A stretch of DNA of 64,000 nucleotides from the human T2T-CHM13v2.0 reference genome, Homo sapiens (GCF_009914755.1 NC_060933.1), one strand, 5' to 3'. Positions 25,635 through 41,370 are shown, counted from the stretch's first letter. Notes: a model not told the origin generated them from the sequence alone. Made by a program: numbers and translations.

Positions 25635-25776
25635 TAATTATAAAATTATGGTAATTAGAAGAAAAAAAGAAAAATTATTAAAACCGTACAAAAATTAACA
25701 GGATGACCCATCCCAGACCTATAGAATGAGAACCTGCACTTTCACAAGCTCTTAAACAACACTTCTGAAACTTTAA

Positions 25777-26098
<322 letters not shown>

Positions 26099-26106
26099 TG
26101 GATATC

Positions 26107-26237
26107 TTATTAAAATATAGATCTCCGAGCTCTGCTCCCAAGATTTTCTGTTTCAGTAGGTCTGGGGTGGGGTCTGGGAATTTGCATTCCTGACAAACTC
26201 CCAGGCGGCCAGGGACCACACTTTGCATAGCATTGTT
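26107..26237. mobile_element. MER5A-like DNA transposon fragment
   Basis: ttcagtaggtctggggtgggg..aatttgcatt..gaccacactttg. Confidence 0.7.
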
Positions 26238-27201
26238 CTAAGGCTGACAGTCCTGAGGACCAAAAGAGGAAGGCAAATGGGAAAATTCGAGGCACTGGAG
26301 GAGGTTGTTTTTTAAGATAGTGGTCTTTTCCCAATTTTTAAAAAAGCACACCAGGCAGTCTCTGTCTATGGTATCTTAGCACAAAGATGCTTTTTGTTTT
26401 TAATGCTATGTTTATATTTGTGCAAGATTCTACATTTTAAAATTTCTCTCACTTGTTGGATCTTATTTCATCCTTGCAACAAATCTGTAAATTGGGTTGG
26501 GGGAAATTCTTTCATTATTTTTAAAAGATAGAACTGAGGCCTAGAGAGTTAAGACAGCTGGAAATCACACTCCAGCTGACTGCCACAGATTGTGGGCTCC
26601 TGAGTTGGCACTAAGGTGTTTTTCCTAATCATTATAACCCATTAGGGCTGATAATGTTATTTCCGCTTTCTAGATGGGCAAATTGAGACTTGATGAGGTT
26701 CAGGAACTCTCCCAAGGCCACAAGTCAGGGCAGCTCCTCTGTTTCATGGTTCAATGTCTTACTTCTTCACTGTATCACTTCCCCATACTAACTCCTCCTT
26801 TCTCTCTCTGTCTGTCAGTCACACACACACAACATAGCCAAATCAGTGAGCCATTTTAATTTCGACACCCAGCATTTATTTAATGAACAGACCACAGTTT
26901 GGCCTTTCGCCTTTAGAGGTGAAAGGAGGAGGCAAGAAGAGGATGAATGACGACCAGCCTTGCCCCAAGGCCCTAACAGACTCAGGAAACCTTTCTGCCT
27001 TCTCCTCCAACTCTAAGCATATCTCCTTTCCCTTCCTCTTCCTTTGCCCTCAGAGAATTACAGTCTAGTCCTGGCTCTAATTTCCTAAAGGTTCTTTATT
27101 TGGAAAATATATTATTAAGCCAAACAATCCTTTCCTTAACTCCAATTTCTCTTGTCTCATTCAGTTTCAACCCCCCTCCCACCGACCACCCTTCCAACAC
27201 C

Positions 27202-27202
<1 letters not shown>

Positions 27203-27246
<44 letters not shown>
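27203..27246. repeat. (AC)22 microsatellite
   Basis: Read directly. Confidence 0.95.
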
Positions 27247-27248
<2 letters not shown>

Positions 27249-28613
27249 CTCCAGCCTAACAACAACAACACCAAAACCCTCTGATTGCTCCCAACTCATC
27301 TGTTAGACATGTTAGCCCTGGCCCTCACCACCAGGCTCGGGTCTCTGCTTGCCCCTGCAGGCAATGTTTCTATTAGGCCCTGAGGAGACACCAGGCTGCA
27401 TATAGGAAGGCAGAGGAGCCTGGTGCTGCGGGTTCTAGCCCCAGCTCTGTTGTGGAACCCTCTTGGTGAGTCCTGGCTCCTCCCTGGGCCTGCTTCCTGG
27501 TCTGTGAAATGGGGAGGCATTGATGAGATGATCTCTAGAGGATCTTTAAATGTCAATATTTTATGAATCTAAGTAGGATGTTCACAGGTAAAAAATTATT
27601 GAATTTACCACCTCTAGTGTGCCAGAGAGGTATTATTACCCAGCCACAAGTTACTTTTATTGTGCCAGGCACTGTGCTAATCATTTTATGTGCATTATCT
27701 GTATTATCTCATTTGAGCCTTGCAGAAATCCTCTGACTTGGGTATTATTAGTACTTCTGTTTTTCAGATGTGAAAACTTCACCTTTTTATTAAAGCAGTC
27801 AAGTAGATGTTTTCTTGACTATTAAAAGTCTCTCAGCACTGAAGGGACATTAAGCCCCCTACCTTGAATTGCCCAGAAACATCCCTGGAAGGTGGCAGCT
27901 AGACTCTGCTCAGATGGCCCCAGCAATAAGGAACTTGGACCTGACTCTACTTTTGAATGGCTATGGCTATAAGAAAATGCTTCTTCACAGGGAGCCAAAA
28001 CTGGTGTCTCTGTAACTCCTGCTCATCTCAGTGGTGGGAAGAATGCGGTGTTCAGAGGCCTCACTTGGGCTTCTGTCCTGGCCTTTCCATTTATCAGCAC
28101 CATAATCCTAGACAAGCTGCTCCTCTGGACCTCCATGTTCACAGGCAAAAATGAAGGAATCGGATGAGATGAGCTCTAGGTCCTTTCTGGTGTGGGCATT
28201 TTAGATTTGTATAATTCATGACTGTGCATGTAACATACACATATCTGACTATAATGATGGAAACAGAGAAGGAGTGGAATTTTGGTGGCGGGGGGCCTCT
28301 GTCAGGTATGAGGCTGTGAGCATGGTGTGTGTATGTGCATGTTTCTGGGACAGGGGTCTGTGAAAGAGAAGAGTGGCCCTGGACAACTGGCGTGAGGCCT
28401 CGGTGTCCCTGGGAGCCAGTCTGGTGCCCAGAGCCAGGCTGGGGTGTTCTCTGTGTCTGATGTCATAGAACATCAACATCAGACAAAATGGATCCATACT
28501 AAAAACGACTACTCTATAATCAAGTTTGAGCAGGATATAAAAACAAGAACATTGTCCAAACCACAAAAATGACCACACACACCCTTTTCCTGGCTAAAGT
28601 GAGTAAGTGCTGC

Positions 28614-28890
28614 TACTTTTCCTCCCAGCTAGAAAAGAAATAAGATACTGGGTCATAGGATTGCCCCTGCTTCCTGAAAGCATCCAATCCAGAGTAAAGT
28701 TCCATTTCTTTGAGGCTCCTCCCAAATACTCTATCACAAGTACAAATCCTATAATAAGGCTTTTCTAATGCACTCTCACCGAGAAGCCTTATGGTCCCCA
28801 TGGTGTGTGTTCTCCCTTGTTGCAAAGACTCAATAAACTGAAACTTGTTCAGTTCCAGGTATTCCTGGTTGTCTTGATTGGAGGGAATTG
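28614..28890 (+). mobile_element. Old ERVL-type LTR fragment (family uncertain)
   Basis: TATA-like cctataat, AATAAA and an LTR-like 3' end. Confidence 0.4.
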
Positions 28891-28949
28891 ATAAGTCTAT
28901 AGCTTTCATTAGATTCTGAAAAGGATGTGTATGTGGCTGGAGAAAATCC

Positions 28950-31520
28950 CACAACCCATGCTGATCAGTCCCACTTTAAATTCATGACTAGAAACTTCAA
29001 GTGGACCCTTAATACGAAGAAGCAAATATATTACAAGTCCTTAGTTGGTTCAGCCTCCCTCTCTTTTAGATAACTGTCTCACCCTTCTTTCCTCCCGTCA
29101 CACCTCCAATTGCTCCTCCCTATCCTCCATCTCAGGTGATGATCTTCATCCTACTTCTCTGAGAAAGGGACTTCCACAGACTCTCACCACATCTACCCCT
29201 TGCCAGCGTCTGCTGCATGTGCTCAGCTTCTCTGCCTACAACCATGGGTCATGGATCAGGGATCGGTATGCTGCTGCCCAAGGGCTAAATCCAGCCTGCC
29301 TAGTCCATGCCCATTCTTTTCTGCATTATCTATGGCTGCATTTGTGCTACAATGAGAGAGTTGAGCAGTTGCAATAGAGACTTATGAGAATTATGGCCCA
29401 CAAAGCCTAAAATATTACAGTTATTTTAATGCATGGCTCTTTACAGAAGTTTGCTGACCCCTGGCATAGGTGAGCTAGTCATGTTCTTATTTAAAGCCAA
29501 GTCCTCCACTTGTGCTCCAGATCCTATCCACTCTTACCTCTTCAAGGACATTACTCTAGTAGTTCTCCTTTCTCTCTCCTGCATCGTCAATTATTTACTC
29601 TTTACTGAGTCATTCCCTTTAGAACACAAATGTGTTATTTCTTCCGTCTTAAACTTTCCTTCACTCTACTCCCCTCAATCCATTTCTTTGCTCCTTGAAT
29701 GAGTTGTCCATACTCCCTGTCTCCAAATCCTCTCCTCCTATCTACTCTTAAATCACTCTATTCAGGCTATTCTTCCCACTACTCCACCCAACCTGCCCTG
29801 TCAAAGTCACCAATGCTAAACCCAACAGCCAAGTCTTCATCTTACTTCTCTCTGAAGCATTTGATACAGTTCAACACTCTTCCTCCCAGAACCTCTTTCT
29901 TTTGTTTGGCTTGAGGGGACCTCATCTCTTGTTTTTTCTCCTAATTCAATGGATCCTCTATCTCTTTTCTCTAATAACTTCATCTTGGAATGCTCAAAAG
30001 GTCTATCCTTGGTCTTCTTTCTTTCCACTCCTCTGTCTGTATTCACATCCTTAGTGATCTTAACTAGTCTAATGGTTTTAGTATGCTGATGATTCTCAGA
30101 TTTATGTTTTTCAGCCCAGAGCTCTCTCCTGAACTAGATAACTATATGACCAATTGCCTTCCAGGCTCCTTCACTTGGATGTTTAATAGATTTCTTCTAA
30201 AATTCAACACATCCAAAACTGAACAGATTCCTAACTCCCCACAACCTGCTCCATCTGCAGCCTTCCTAATCTCAGGCAACTCCATCTTTCCAGTTGTTCA
30301 GGCCAAAAATCTTGGCATCATCCTTGACTCCTTTCTTTCTCTCACACTTATTTCCACTCTATCAGGGAATTCAGTTAAACCTACAATATTAGTCCCTTCA
30401 ATTAAGCCTACTGTATTAGTCCCTTTTGTATTGCTATAAAGGAATACCTGAGGCTGCATAATTTATAAAGAAAAGAGATTTGTTTGGCGCACGGTTCTGC
30501 AGGCTATACGGGAAGCATGGTGCCAGCATCTGCTTCTGGTGAGGCCTCAGGAAGCTTACAGTCATGGTAGAAGGGAAAAAAGAGCCTAAGTGGCACATGG
30601 TGAGAGAGGAAGCAACCAGCTAGAAGGAGGTGCCAGGCTCTTTATAAACAATCAGATCTCGTGGTAACTCACAGAGTAAGAACTCTCATTACCATGGGGA
30701 GGGCACCAAGCCATTCACGAGGGATCCACTCCCATGGCCCAAACATCTTCCACCTCGCCTCACTTCCAACACTGGGGATCACATTTCAACATGTGATTTT
30801 GGGGGACAAATATCCAAACTGTATCATTTACTTTTAAAGTATATCCAGAATTCAACCACTTTTCAATACCTCCACTGCTACCACTCTGGTCTGAGGCACC
30901 ATCATCCCTCACCTAGTTTATTACAGTAGCCTCCTATCCGTTCTCTTTACCCTTGCCTTATTTTCAACACAGCAGTTACAGTAGTCCTTTAAAAAGGCAA
31001 GACAGACCATGTCACTCTTCTTTTCAAAGCCTTGCAATGGCTCCTGTTTCCTTCCAAGTAAAGCCAAAGCCTCTTCCATTGGCTTCATAATCTGCACCTG
31101 CCACCCCTGCTTCCTTGCTTTTCCTGTGACACACCAGCATGCTCCTGCCTTAGGCCGGACACTATGTACCAAGAGTGCCAGGAACACTCTCCCCTTGGCT
31201 AGCTATGTGGCTCACTCTTTCACATCCTTCAAGTCTTTGCTCAAATTTCACCTTCTCATTGAAGCCCACCCTGACCTGGCCACCCTATTTAGAACTGCAA
31301 CCCCTCCCCTGACCATTACCAGTCTCCTTTAGTCTGCTTTTTCTTTTTCCCATTGCTCTTATCACTTTCTGAGATCCAAGACTAATTGCTTAATTATTCT
31401 CTTTATTTTTTATTACATATCTCTCCCAGTTGGAATCTATGTTCCACAATGGCAGGGATCTTGGTACCAAGCACCTAGAATTGGGCCTAGCCTGCAGTCA
31501 CCAATCAATACATGTTTGTT
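28950..31520 (+). mobile_element. L2 LINE remnant interrupted by MER58A-like (~29256-29464) and MST LTR
   Basis: RT motif YADDSQIY still readable at 30082-30105, followed by SPELSPEL..NCL..TWM..LKFNTSKTE; L2-type 3' end near 31440-31520. Confidence 0.8.
30412..30826 (-). mobile_element. MaLR MST-type solo LTR
   Basis: tgtattagtc...caaactgtatca; imperfect 5-bp TSD cctac/tttac. Confidence 0.85.
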
Positions 31521-32076
31521 GGGTGTTGCTGAATACATCAGCATCATAGGGTCTGGAAAGAAAGACTAAACATGACTTTGGTCCAGAATTTCTCACTGAG
31601 AAATATGGAGCAAGGCTGCTTGCCTCAACCTTGGCTCACAGACCTCCACGTGTTTTCTTAAGACAGAGTATCTTAAACGTCAATCATTTGCATGCCAACT
31701 GCATGATTTTTGCCCTAAGAATAAACTTACTTTTATTTACTCAATACTTTTTCTTAAATAGACTTACTTCTTGGAAAATAGATTTATTTTGGAAGAAAAT
31801 GTTACATCATGGCTTTGATGTGCTAATTACTTTTTTAAAATACATGTTAAAATAAACATATAGCCACTAAAGTGAACAATGTGCATCGTATCACCTAAGA
31901 ACATCTTGCTTACCCCTGGGGAAACCTGCCTTAAGCGTTGCCCCTTAACCAGAAAGGCCTTCCCTGTACCTCCCACCTACCCAAATCCCAGTGTCCTTCT
32001 ACAGAAAGCCTTGGCAGCTCTTCCAGCTTACTTCTCTGCACTGTCTCCATACTTACAGACAAAATATGTAAGCCCA

Positions 32077-32397
<321 letters not shown>

Positions 32398-33543
32398 AAA
32401 TACATAAGCCCAATATTTGGATGCTTATATGCCGTTTGGTTTTTCCTGTTTCACATCATAAGATTATAGAACATCTTCTTAGCTATAGATAAAAGAGACA
32501 TTAGAGTGTCCAATTCCCTTATTTTATAGGCTATCAAAGAGATTAAGAGGCTTGTCCCAAATCACTGCCAATTAGGGCCAAAGCCAAGACTAGAACTTGG
32601 GTCTTCTGATTCTCTACACTGTAGGGGAATCCACAAACACTTATTGAGTCCCTATGATGTGCCCGACATTGTGCCAACTACAGGAGATACTGGCGAATAG
32701 AACAGACTCAGACCTTACCTAAGTGGAGCTTTCAGTGTGGTCACGCTAAACTAATAATTCAATCTGATTAAGTAAATCATTGCAAGAGCACAAGTGCCTT
32801 GGAGGAGAAGTGCAGGGTTGGGTAATGGGCCCAGCCTGGTTTGGAGGGTCACAAAAGCCTCACTGAGAAAATATGTTCAAATGCATAGGAGTTAGCTGAA
32901 GAGGAGCTGGCAGATATTTTAAATGGTGCCAGGCTAATTCACAAAACCTTCTTTGATATTTGACAGCTGCATTGTGGGTTAATTAGGCCACTGTGGCCTG
33001 CCCTATTTGCCAAAGTGCTCACGAAAAGGCAGTCAGACTCCTGTGCCTTCGAAGCAGCACCAGTGGTTCCCTCCTCCCAGCAAGGAAGTGACAGGAGACA
33101 CCGAGAGGCCTGCTCTGGAGAAGGTCTCCTCACCCCTCGCTGACAGGGAGTGTGGGCATCTTGAACATGACACATTGGTTGTTTTTGCCAAGGGAGTGCC
33201 TACAATGTGAGCTTTGACATTAGAGAAAAATAAGTCCTTAGTCCCTGGAAGTGGAAAATCTTAGTGTTATTTACAAAGGCACACTACAAGGCCTTGTGTA
33301 GCTTCACCTAACTAGTAAAAAGCAGACTCTTCAAAAGGAGATGCATTCCAGTCTCTGTTAATTACCGTTACATCCGGAGGTCATCTTCATGTTTCCTGTG
33401 ATAGTTCAGTGGGGCTGGTTAATCTGTGTCTAAGAAACTTCTACTATATCCTGCCTTACTGTTAGAAAATTCAACCCAACAAGCAATATGTAGTGATGTG
33501 GAACAGAGATGTATTTAAACTGAGATAGAGTCTTGGGGTTTGA

Positions 33544-33932
<389 letters not shown>

Positions 33933-34492
33933 TAAGATGGGGATGATAATGATAATAATTTCTGAATCTTGTGAGAGGCTTGAGACATTAAATGAGAATA
34001 TATGCGAGAGCTTTTTAATATGATCTGAAGTGCTGCAAAATGTCACTTAAAAATTAACTTCTGTTATGTATCCTCTTTTATAAAGCTCAAATTGAGGCTC
34101 AGAGAGAGACCTGGTTAGGGCTGGAGAAAGGTCTCCCGATCCGCCACTCAGTTTCTTTTCACCAGGTTGCTGCACTGGGGCCTGTCTTTTAGTAAAGCAA
34201 TTGTTGGCGAGAGCAGGTTCCTGGGGGAAATGAACATGTGCCGGAAGGGAGGGAAAGAGAGTAGAGGGTCTCCCTTCAGGGGTATGGAGAGGGCAATGGA
34301 CGGGGAGGGGGCAGGGACAAACCCACCTACCTTCTCAGTGCGCTGAGGGCTCTGAGGCTAAGCCCGCTCAAGGTTAAGGTTCTCTACTGCTGACTTTCTC
34401 CATCTCTCTCAATTTGCCTGTCTTTGTGTGGTTGAAGCTGATCTAGCATAAAATAACAGGCTTTTTAGCACAGTTTGAAAGCAAACTCAGGC

Positions 34493-34498
34493 TTTAAT
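34493..34498 (-). terminator. C5: C5 distal polyadenylation signal ATTAAA
   Basis: Plus strand tttaat; about 20 nt before the probable cleavage site. Confidence 0.65.
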
Positions 34499-34627
34499 GA
34501 TCAGTTTCCTGTTCCTTGGTATTTTCTTTCAAGCAAAGGCCATGTTTTTGTAATACTCCCTTTCAATGGACTGTTCTTTCGGCCCCAGCAAACATTCCTG
34601 AGTGGTAGGTTTGAGGAGGTGTTCCAA

Positions 34628-34633
34628 TTTATT
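34628..34633 (-). terminator. C5: C5 proximal polyadenylation signal AATAAA
   Basis: Plus strand tttatt within the 3'UTR. Confidence 0.5.
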
Positions 34634-34877
34634 GTTTCCGGTGTCCAATAACCTTGGAGGAGTATCTGTCTTCATGCCCTCCAAGGCCATGTTATTTCAG
34701 AAAGTTACAGCATTTGAAATCATTCTCTAATAAAAGCAAGTGCCACTAATTCTAAGTAAAGTGAGCTTTACAAATAAGACCAGCTATGAATGTTTAAAAA
34801 AAGAAGAAAACAAAAAAACGAACTTCAACAACAGGAGTCCATAAGTGCAAACTGTATGCAGCTGAACTTCAGGAATT

Positions 34878-35007
34878 TTAGCATCCATTTAAAAAGATAT
34901 CTTCGGCAAATTCATCTAAATTAGCTAAAAATGCTTGACACGATGAACATGTTGTGTCTCTAGGCCAGTATTCAATCCAGGTCAAGGAATCTAAAGGGTA
35001 GATGTAC
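34878..35007 (-). CDS. C5: C5 last exon (41), coding part: (R)[42 protein letters not shown]
   Basis: Acceptor cttggtag|G at 35008/35007; stop TAA 34880-34878; recognised C345C-domain C-terminus of complement C5. Confidence 0.97.
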
Positions 35008-35032
35008 CTACCAAGAAACAAAGTGTTTGTGA

Positions 35033-35362
<330 letters not shown>

Positions 35363-35868
35363 TGATTTATTTTATAAGAGCCCAGCTGTGGTCAGGTCCC
35401 CAGGGGTCAGGCTGTCCGCCAAACTCTTCTGTACCGGCCTCTCCTGGGGAGGGTTCACAAACCCTTAAGGAATTGTAAAGCTGCCTGGGGCTCCCATATT
35501 AAAGGCAGAAAGTACATCTATTTCAATGACTAGTTTCTAAAAGCAGATAATACAATACATATTTACACATTTTCCTCTTTACAAACAGTCTGAGAACTAT
35601 CAAGGGAGCTGGTGTGGTGGTTAGGGGAGGTCCGGTGAGTACTTTCAGATTCATCATCAGGTCCAGACACTCAGATGGTTAATCAGGCAGCTAAGTCCTC
35701 AGCTGCCACGATGGTTTTAAATCATTCTTTGCTTGACATTAATATTATTTAGTTCAAAATGGTTTGTTGGTTAAGAGCAGGGCCATAAGAAACACGTAGT
35801 GTATTTAAGAATAAATTATACTCAGTTTTGGAGGGAAGATCAGTGACTGAAAAATATTGGTGACTTAC

Positions 35869-36007
35869 CTGAAACTGAAATTGTATTTTATCTGGAGGGC
35901 TTCTTTACCCATAATTAAGTACTGTCTTCCTTTTACCAGCTCAGCGTTAGTACAGGTTACCTTTTTAATGAAGGTAATCTCAGAGTCTTTCTCAGCAACA
36001 GCTTCCC
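35869..36007 (-). CDS. C5: C5 exon 40 (139 nt): (G)[45 protein letters not shown](R)
   Basis: ctctcag|GG ... TTCAG|gtaagt; phase fits both neighbours. Confidence 0.96.
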
Positions 36008-37934
36008 CTGAGAGACATGCAAGTCAAGTAAGGTTATACCATTCATGTTTTAATGTCACAATTATAAACTCTCAAGTTTTCTGGTTCCTCGTGGCTATTG
36101 AGAGGTTCATGGCTAGTGGACAGCCGTGATATCCATGTGGTTAAGGCTTCAGTCTCTGGAGCCAGACTGCCTGGGTTAAACTCTAAGCATGCTGCTTCCT
36201 GGCTATGTGACTCTGGGAAAATGATTTATGTTATCTGTATAAGGCCTTAGACCCTCATCTTAAGACTGGGCATGATAATAAAACCTACCTTGTAGAACCA
36301 TCGTGAGATTAAATGAGTTAATACATGAAAAGTGCCTGGAACATAGTAGGAACTATGTAAGTACTTATTATTACTCTTATATAACCAGAATTAAAAGAAC
36401 CTCTCTACAGTTGAACAACATTAATCTCCACATTATATAGTAAAATATAAAATTATTTGGTATTTGGCAACTGTTAACTTTGTGGAAAAGTACAAAATGT
36501 GAAAGACTTGGAAAACTTCAAAGATAGTAATTTTGGGATTCCCAAAGAACTCACAAGTAGCCAGTTCCCCTACCTGGAATGCATTCCTCCCCATGTTGGC
36601 CTCTTGAATTTCATTTATCTTGAAAGTCTCCTTCAATTCTCACAGTATCCAGTAAAATATTCCTGGATGCTCTTTGTTTTAAATATCTTTCTGTCTCCTC
36701 CTTACCTCTTTTACACTTGAATTTCTGTCACAATTTTTTGTCCCACATCTGTCCTTCTAGCTAGACTAGAAACTTCTTAAGGCATGGACTGTGTCTGATT
36801 TATCGCTATATATACAGGGCTGATATTTAACTATTAAGTTCTGGCAGAGTCATCTTAATTGTTAAGTCCTGAAAAACTTCTGAACCAATTGGCAAATAGT
36901 GTATAATAGAAACTGTGTAAATGGTAAACTTTCATTAGTGATATAAATTTCAGTGTACACCCATTAGTTCAAGCTGATTTCTTAGGCTGCCCTGATGGTG
37001 TAGATTCCTATTACGTCAATATCTGAGCAACATTACCAGTACTATCTGCCATTTCAGCCCCTGTCATAGTAAGCAGTGTAGCTGTGTGGGGCCTTATTAT
37101 TTTTTAAGCTTCTCATCATGGAAAATTTAAAGTATATTCAGAAGAGAGAACAGGCAACTACCCTGGGCTTCAACAATAACTAAACTTTTATTCTTCTATA
37201 TCCTTACCTATTCTAAGCACTCTGTGCTTTGGAGAAATACCAATTTATCATTATCCTCAAACTACAGTTTGCCCTTGATTCTAAATGGCTTATGGTCACT
37301 GTGCCACAATTCTTCTGTAAGTAGTGTGTGGTATTTTTATATTTATAAAAATTCAAAATTTATGTGTTAAAAATGGGCCCAGAATGAGGAGATGAAGTAT
37401 GCCAATGTTTCTTAACATTTCCTTTTAAATATCATAAAATGCATCTTTGGATCTACAGGAGAACAAAGAAGAAATGATACTAATAAAAAAATTGTAGCTT
37501 GGGAACCATCCGATGCTATGAAAAATTCAGAACAGTCTAAAATGTCTTTTGATACTATGCAAGAATCAGTATCAAATAAAACAAATAATTTGTATTTCTG
37601 GAATGAAAAGCACTTTGTTATTTCAGTAAAAAGAGAATGGCTTATTACTGCTTGTAATATGAACATTGGATGAAAATGTTGCTCAAAAGTTGGACTGTGG
37701 AAACATCAAAGTTCTAAACACTTATTTCATTAGAATGGCAACTAGCCTGCAAATTAAAAAATTGTGACCATCAATGAAGAAAAAAATAAAATAACTTCAC
37801 AAATAAGTTTCATACAATGAAACTTTCAAAATAACAAAAATTTAAAAAAAATTATCAAAGTGTTGATAAAGCAAATACAAAATTGAAAAATATTACTAGA
37901 ATTTTAAACTCTAGGGTATGGTTAGTAATAATCA

Positions 37935-38027
37935 AGCTGGGAGGCTGAGGAGAGAGGATCCCTTGAGCCTAGGAGTTTGAGACCAGCCTGAACAACATAG
38001 TGAGACCCCGTCTCAAAAGAAAAAAAA
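37935..38027 (+). mobile_element. FLAM / Alu monomer fragment
   Basis: Left-arm sequence with A tail; aatcaagc flanking repeat. Confidence 0.75.
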
Positions 38028-38152
38028 TCAAGCATTTTAGGACTTGAAATATTTGATAGAATTTCAAAAGAGAAAAAAATTTAGTATAAACATATTATTG
38101 CAATTTAGCTTTATGGTCCTACTTATTGCAAAATTTATATCAATCGAAATGA

Positions 38153-38443
<291 letters not shown>

Positions 38444-39183
38444 TGTAATCCCATTCACAATAGCCACACACACACAAAAATGCCTAGGAATACAGCTAAC
38501 TAGGGAGGTGAATGATCTCTACAATGAGAATTACAAAACACTGCTCAAAGAAATCAGAGATGACACAAACAAATGGAAAAACATTCCACGCTCATGGATA
38601 GGAAGAATTAATATTGTTAAAATGGCCATACTGTCCAAAGCAATTTACAGATTTAATGCTATTCCTATCATTTTTCATAAAATTAGAAAAAAACATTTTA
38701 ATATTCATATGGAACAAAGAAAGAACTTGAATAGCCAAAGGAATTCTAAGCAAAAAGAACAAAGCTAGATGCCTCCTACTACCTGATTTCAAACTATATT
38801 ACAAGGCTACAGTAACCAAAGCAACATGTTACTGATACAAAAAAAGACACGTAGACCAATGGAACAGGTTACAGCACCCAGAAATAAAGCCACTATCCTA
38901 AGTGAATTAACACAGTAACAGAAAACCAAATATCACATATTTTCACTTATAAGTGGGAACTAAACAGTGAGTACACATGGACACAAAGAAGGGAACACTA
39001 GACAGCAGAGCCTACTTGAGGGTAGAGGGTGAGGATTGAAAAATTACCTATTGGGTACTATGCTTATTACCTGGGTGACAAAATGATCTATATACCAAAC
39101 CCCCAAAACATGCAATTTACCCATGTAGCAAATTTGCACACGTATCCCCTGAACCTAAAATAAAAGTTGTAAAGAAAAAGAAA
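38444..39183 (+). mobile_element. L1 fragment (old L1PA/L1PB type): ORF2 piece joined to 3'UTR
   Basis: ORF 38388..38768 reads as L1 ORF2p ([42 protein letters not shown]); 3'UTR with aaataaaa tail; internal deletion near 38893. Confidence 0.92.
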
Positions 39184-39423
39184 TTGGACAATTACACAAT
39201 TGAAAAAAACATTTTGCTGAAGTTTTAGAAAAATGAATTCAATGAGAAATATTTATACGAACATCTTTAAAAAATGTTTCTCCCCAAGTAGAATATAAGC
39301 TTTAAAAAGGCAAGAGCTCTGTCTTATTTGAGTTGTATCTTCTGTGTTTAATATAATGCCTGGCACATAGTCAGTACTAAATAGTTGCTGAATGAAGGAA
39401 CGAATGAACGAATGAATTCTCAC

Positions 39424-39507
39424 CAGTTTTGTAGATATCCAGAAGGGTTGCCTTGTACTTGACAAAAACATTTTCTACAGTGATGGATGTGATGCTAACT
39501 TTATAAG
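39424..39507 (-). CDS. C5: C5 exon 39 (84 nt): (A)[27 protein letters not shown](G)
   Basis: ttgccag|CT ... ACTG|gtgaga; peptide visible in ORF 39377..39670. Confidence 0.96.
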
Positions 39508-40945
39508 CTGGCAAAAGACAAACAACAATGAAACAATTCAGTCTTAATACTATTAATGCTATGTCCAGTAGAAGCCAGAATTTGTCAAACACGAGAAATG
39601 AAGCATGGCAAACTATTATAGTTCTTATTTCCTCCAAGAAGCCTTCCCCAATCCCCTCAGTCTGATTCAATCTCTCAATCTATTAGAATCATTAGCCCTG
39701 GCCAATGTTATAGAACAGGCTGATTAGAATAAGAGACATATTTAATAAAATAACAGAAGCACATAAAACAAACAAACAAGATAAACCTTTGTTAGATGTT
39801 AAGTTCAGAGGCTGATCCTTTAAGATGAGTGGAGTCATGCCCATGGGCATCTTTTGAAGAGCCCCTTCATTCTCTTCTCCATGGCCACAGAGGAGGCCTT
39901 ATCTCTCATTCAGGTCTACCATGTGAGCTTTCTTGGTTCCTTGCTTTGCTTCCTCATATAGTTCCACTGGCTTTAATCCTTGGTTTTTAGGATGATTCTG
40001 TTTTCTCACTCACCCTTGCTTGGCAACTACCTAACAAGAGCTGCCTACAATCCTGTTTTCCCTTCATTCAGATATCAATGTTTGATGCATAATGTGCTTG
40101 ACCTCAGGTCTGGAAAGACCAGCTTGAAGGGACCCATTCTTTCTATGTGGCCTCAGGAGAGATTTATTTTATTTTTGCTTTTGATCTATTTTTTGTTTTG
40201 AAATTAGTGACCTAAAAGATTTGTTCATTCTAGATATCCCTCAAGTCTTTAAGTCTATCCCAGATATAGATTGACTGATTGAGAGGTAGCTAGGTGAACT
40301 CATCATGGCAGAACCAGGGGCTATGTAAATTAGTGGCTTAAAATGCATGAAAAGTGTTCTGACTTTCAGATTCATAAGTCTTTATAATGGACATGGGCAA
40401 TGTACTTACTATGTGGGCCTGGGTACAGAGAGAGAACTACTTAATTTTGTTTCTATTCTGTTATTCTGGCTTGTAGTCCAGAAAAAGCCAGCGAAGTCTT
40501 TTCTTGAAACAACACAATAAACCCAAATTGCATTTATTCTCTGTGTTAAAATAGATTTCTGATATTTTAGATTTAAAATAGTTCTAAAATGGAGGGAAGA
40601 AATAATTTAGTGGAACTTTTGTTTGTTAAAACAATATAGTATTCTCAAGTCTTCATGTATTTAACAAACTGCAGTGGGCCTAGGCTGAGTCAGGCAGCTT
40701 TTTAGCTTTTTTTTTTTTCCAAAATCAATATAAATTCAAAGAAAGAAATGTTATTAACCATATAAAACTTATTCTGTTGCCTGAATTACTATTAAGAGAA
40801 TTCAGTAGACTTCGATGGAAAAAATACTGGAGATCAGGATGCATCTTAATTCTATTACTTGCTTTCTGCATGACCTTGAGCAAATTATTTAATCTCCCTG
40901 AGCCTCAGTTTCTTCACTGGTAAATAGTGATAATACTCTGTTACA

Positions 40946-41346
<401 letters not shown>

Positions 41347-41370
41347 TAATTTATAAATAACACCCTTCAA

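Larger units (their letters stand above)
34475..34877 (-). other. C5: C5 3'UTR
   Basis: Follows the stop codon; AATAAA at 34633-34628 and ATTAAA at 34498-34493 on minus; 3' end approximate. Confidence 0.8.

Noticed and set aside
36820-38150. AT-rich stretch resembling a decayed hAT transposase region
   Set aside because: Could not assign a family or ends confidently by eye; needs RepeatMasker.
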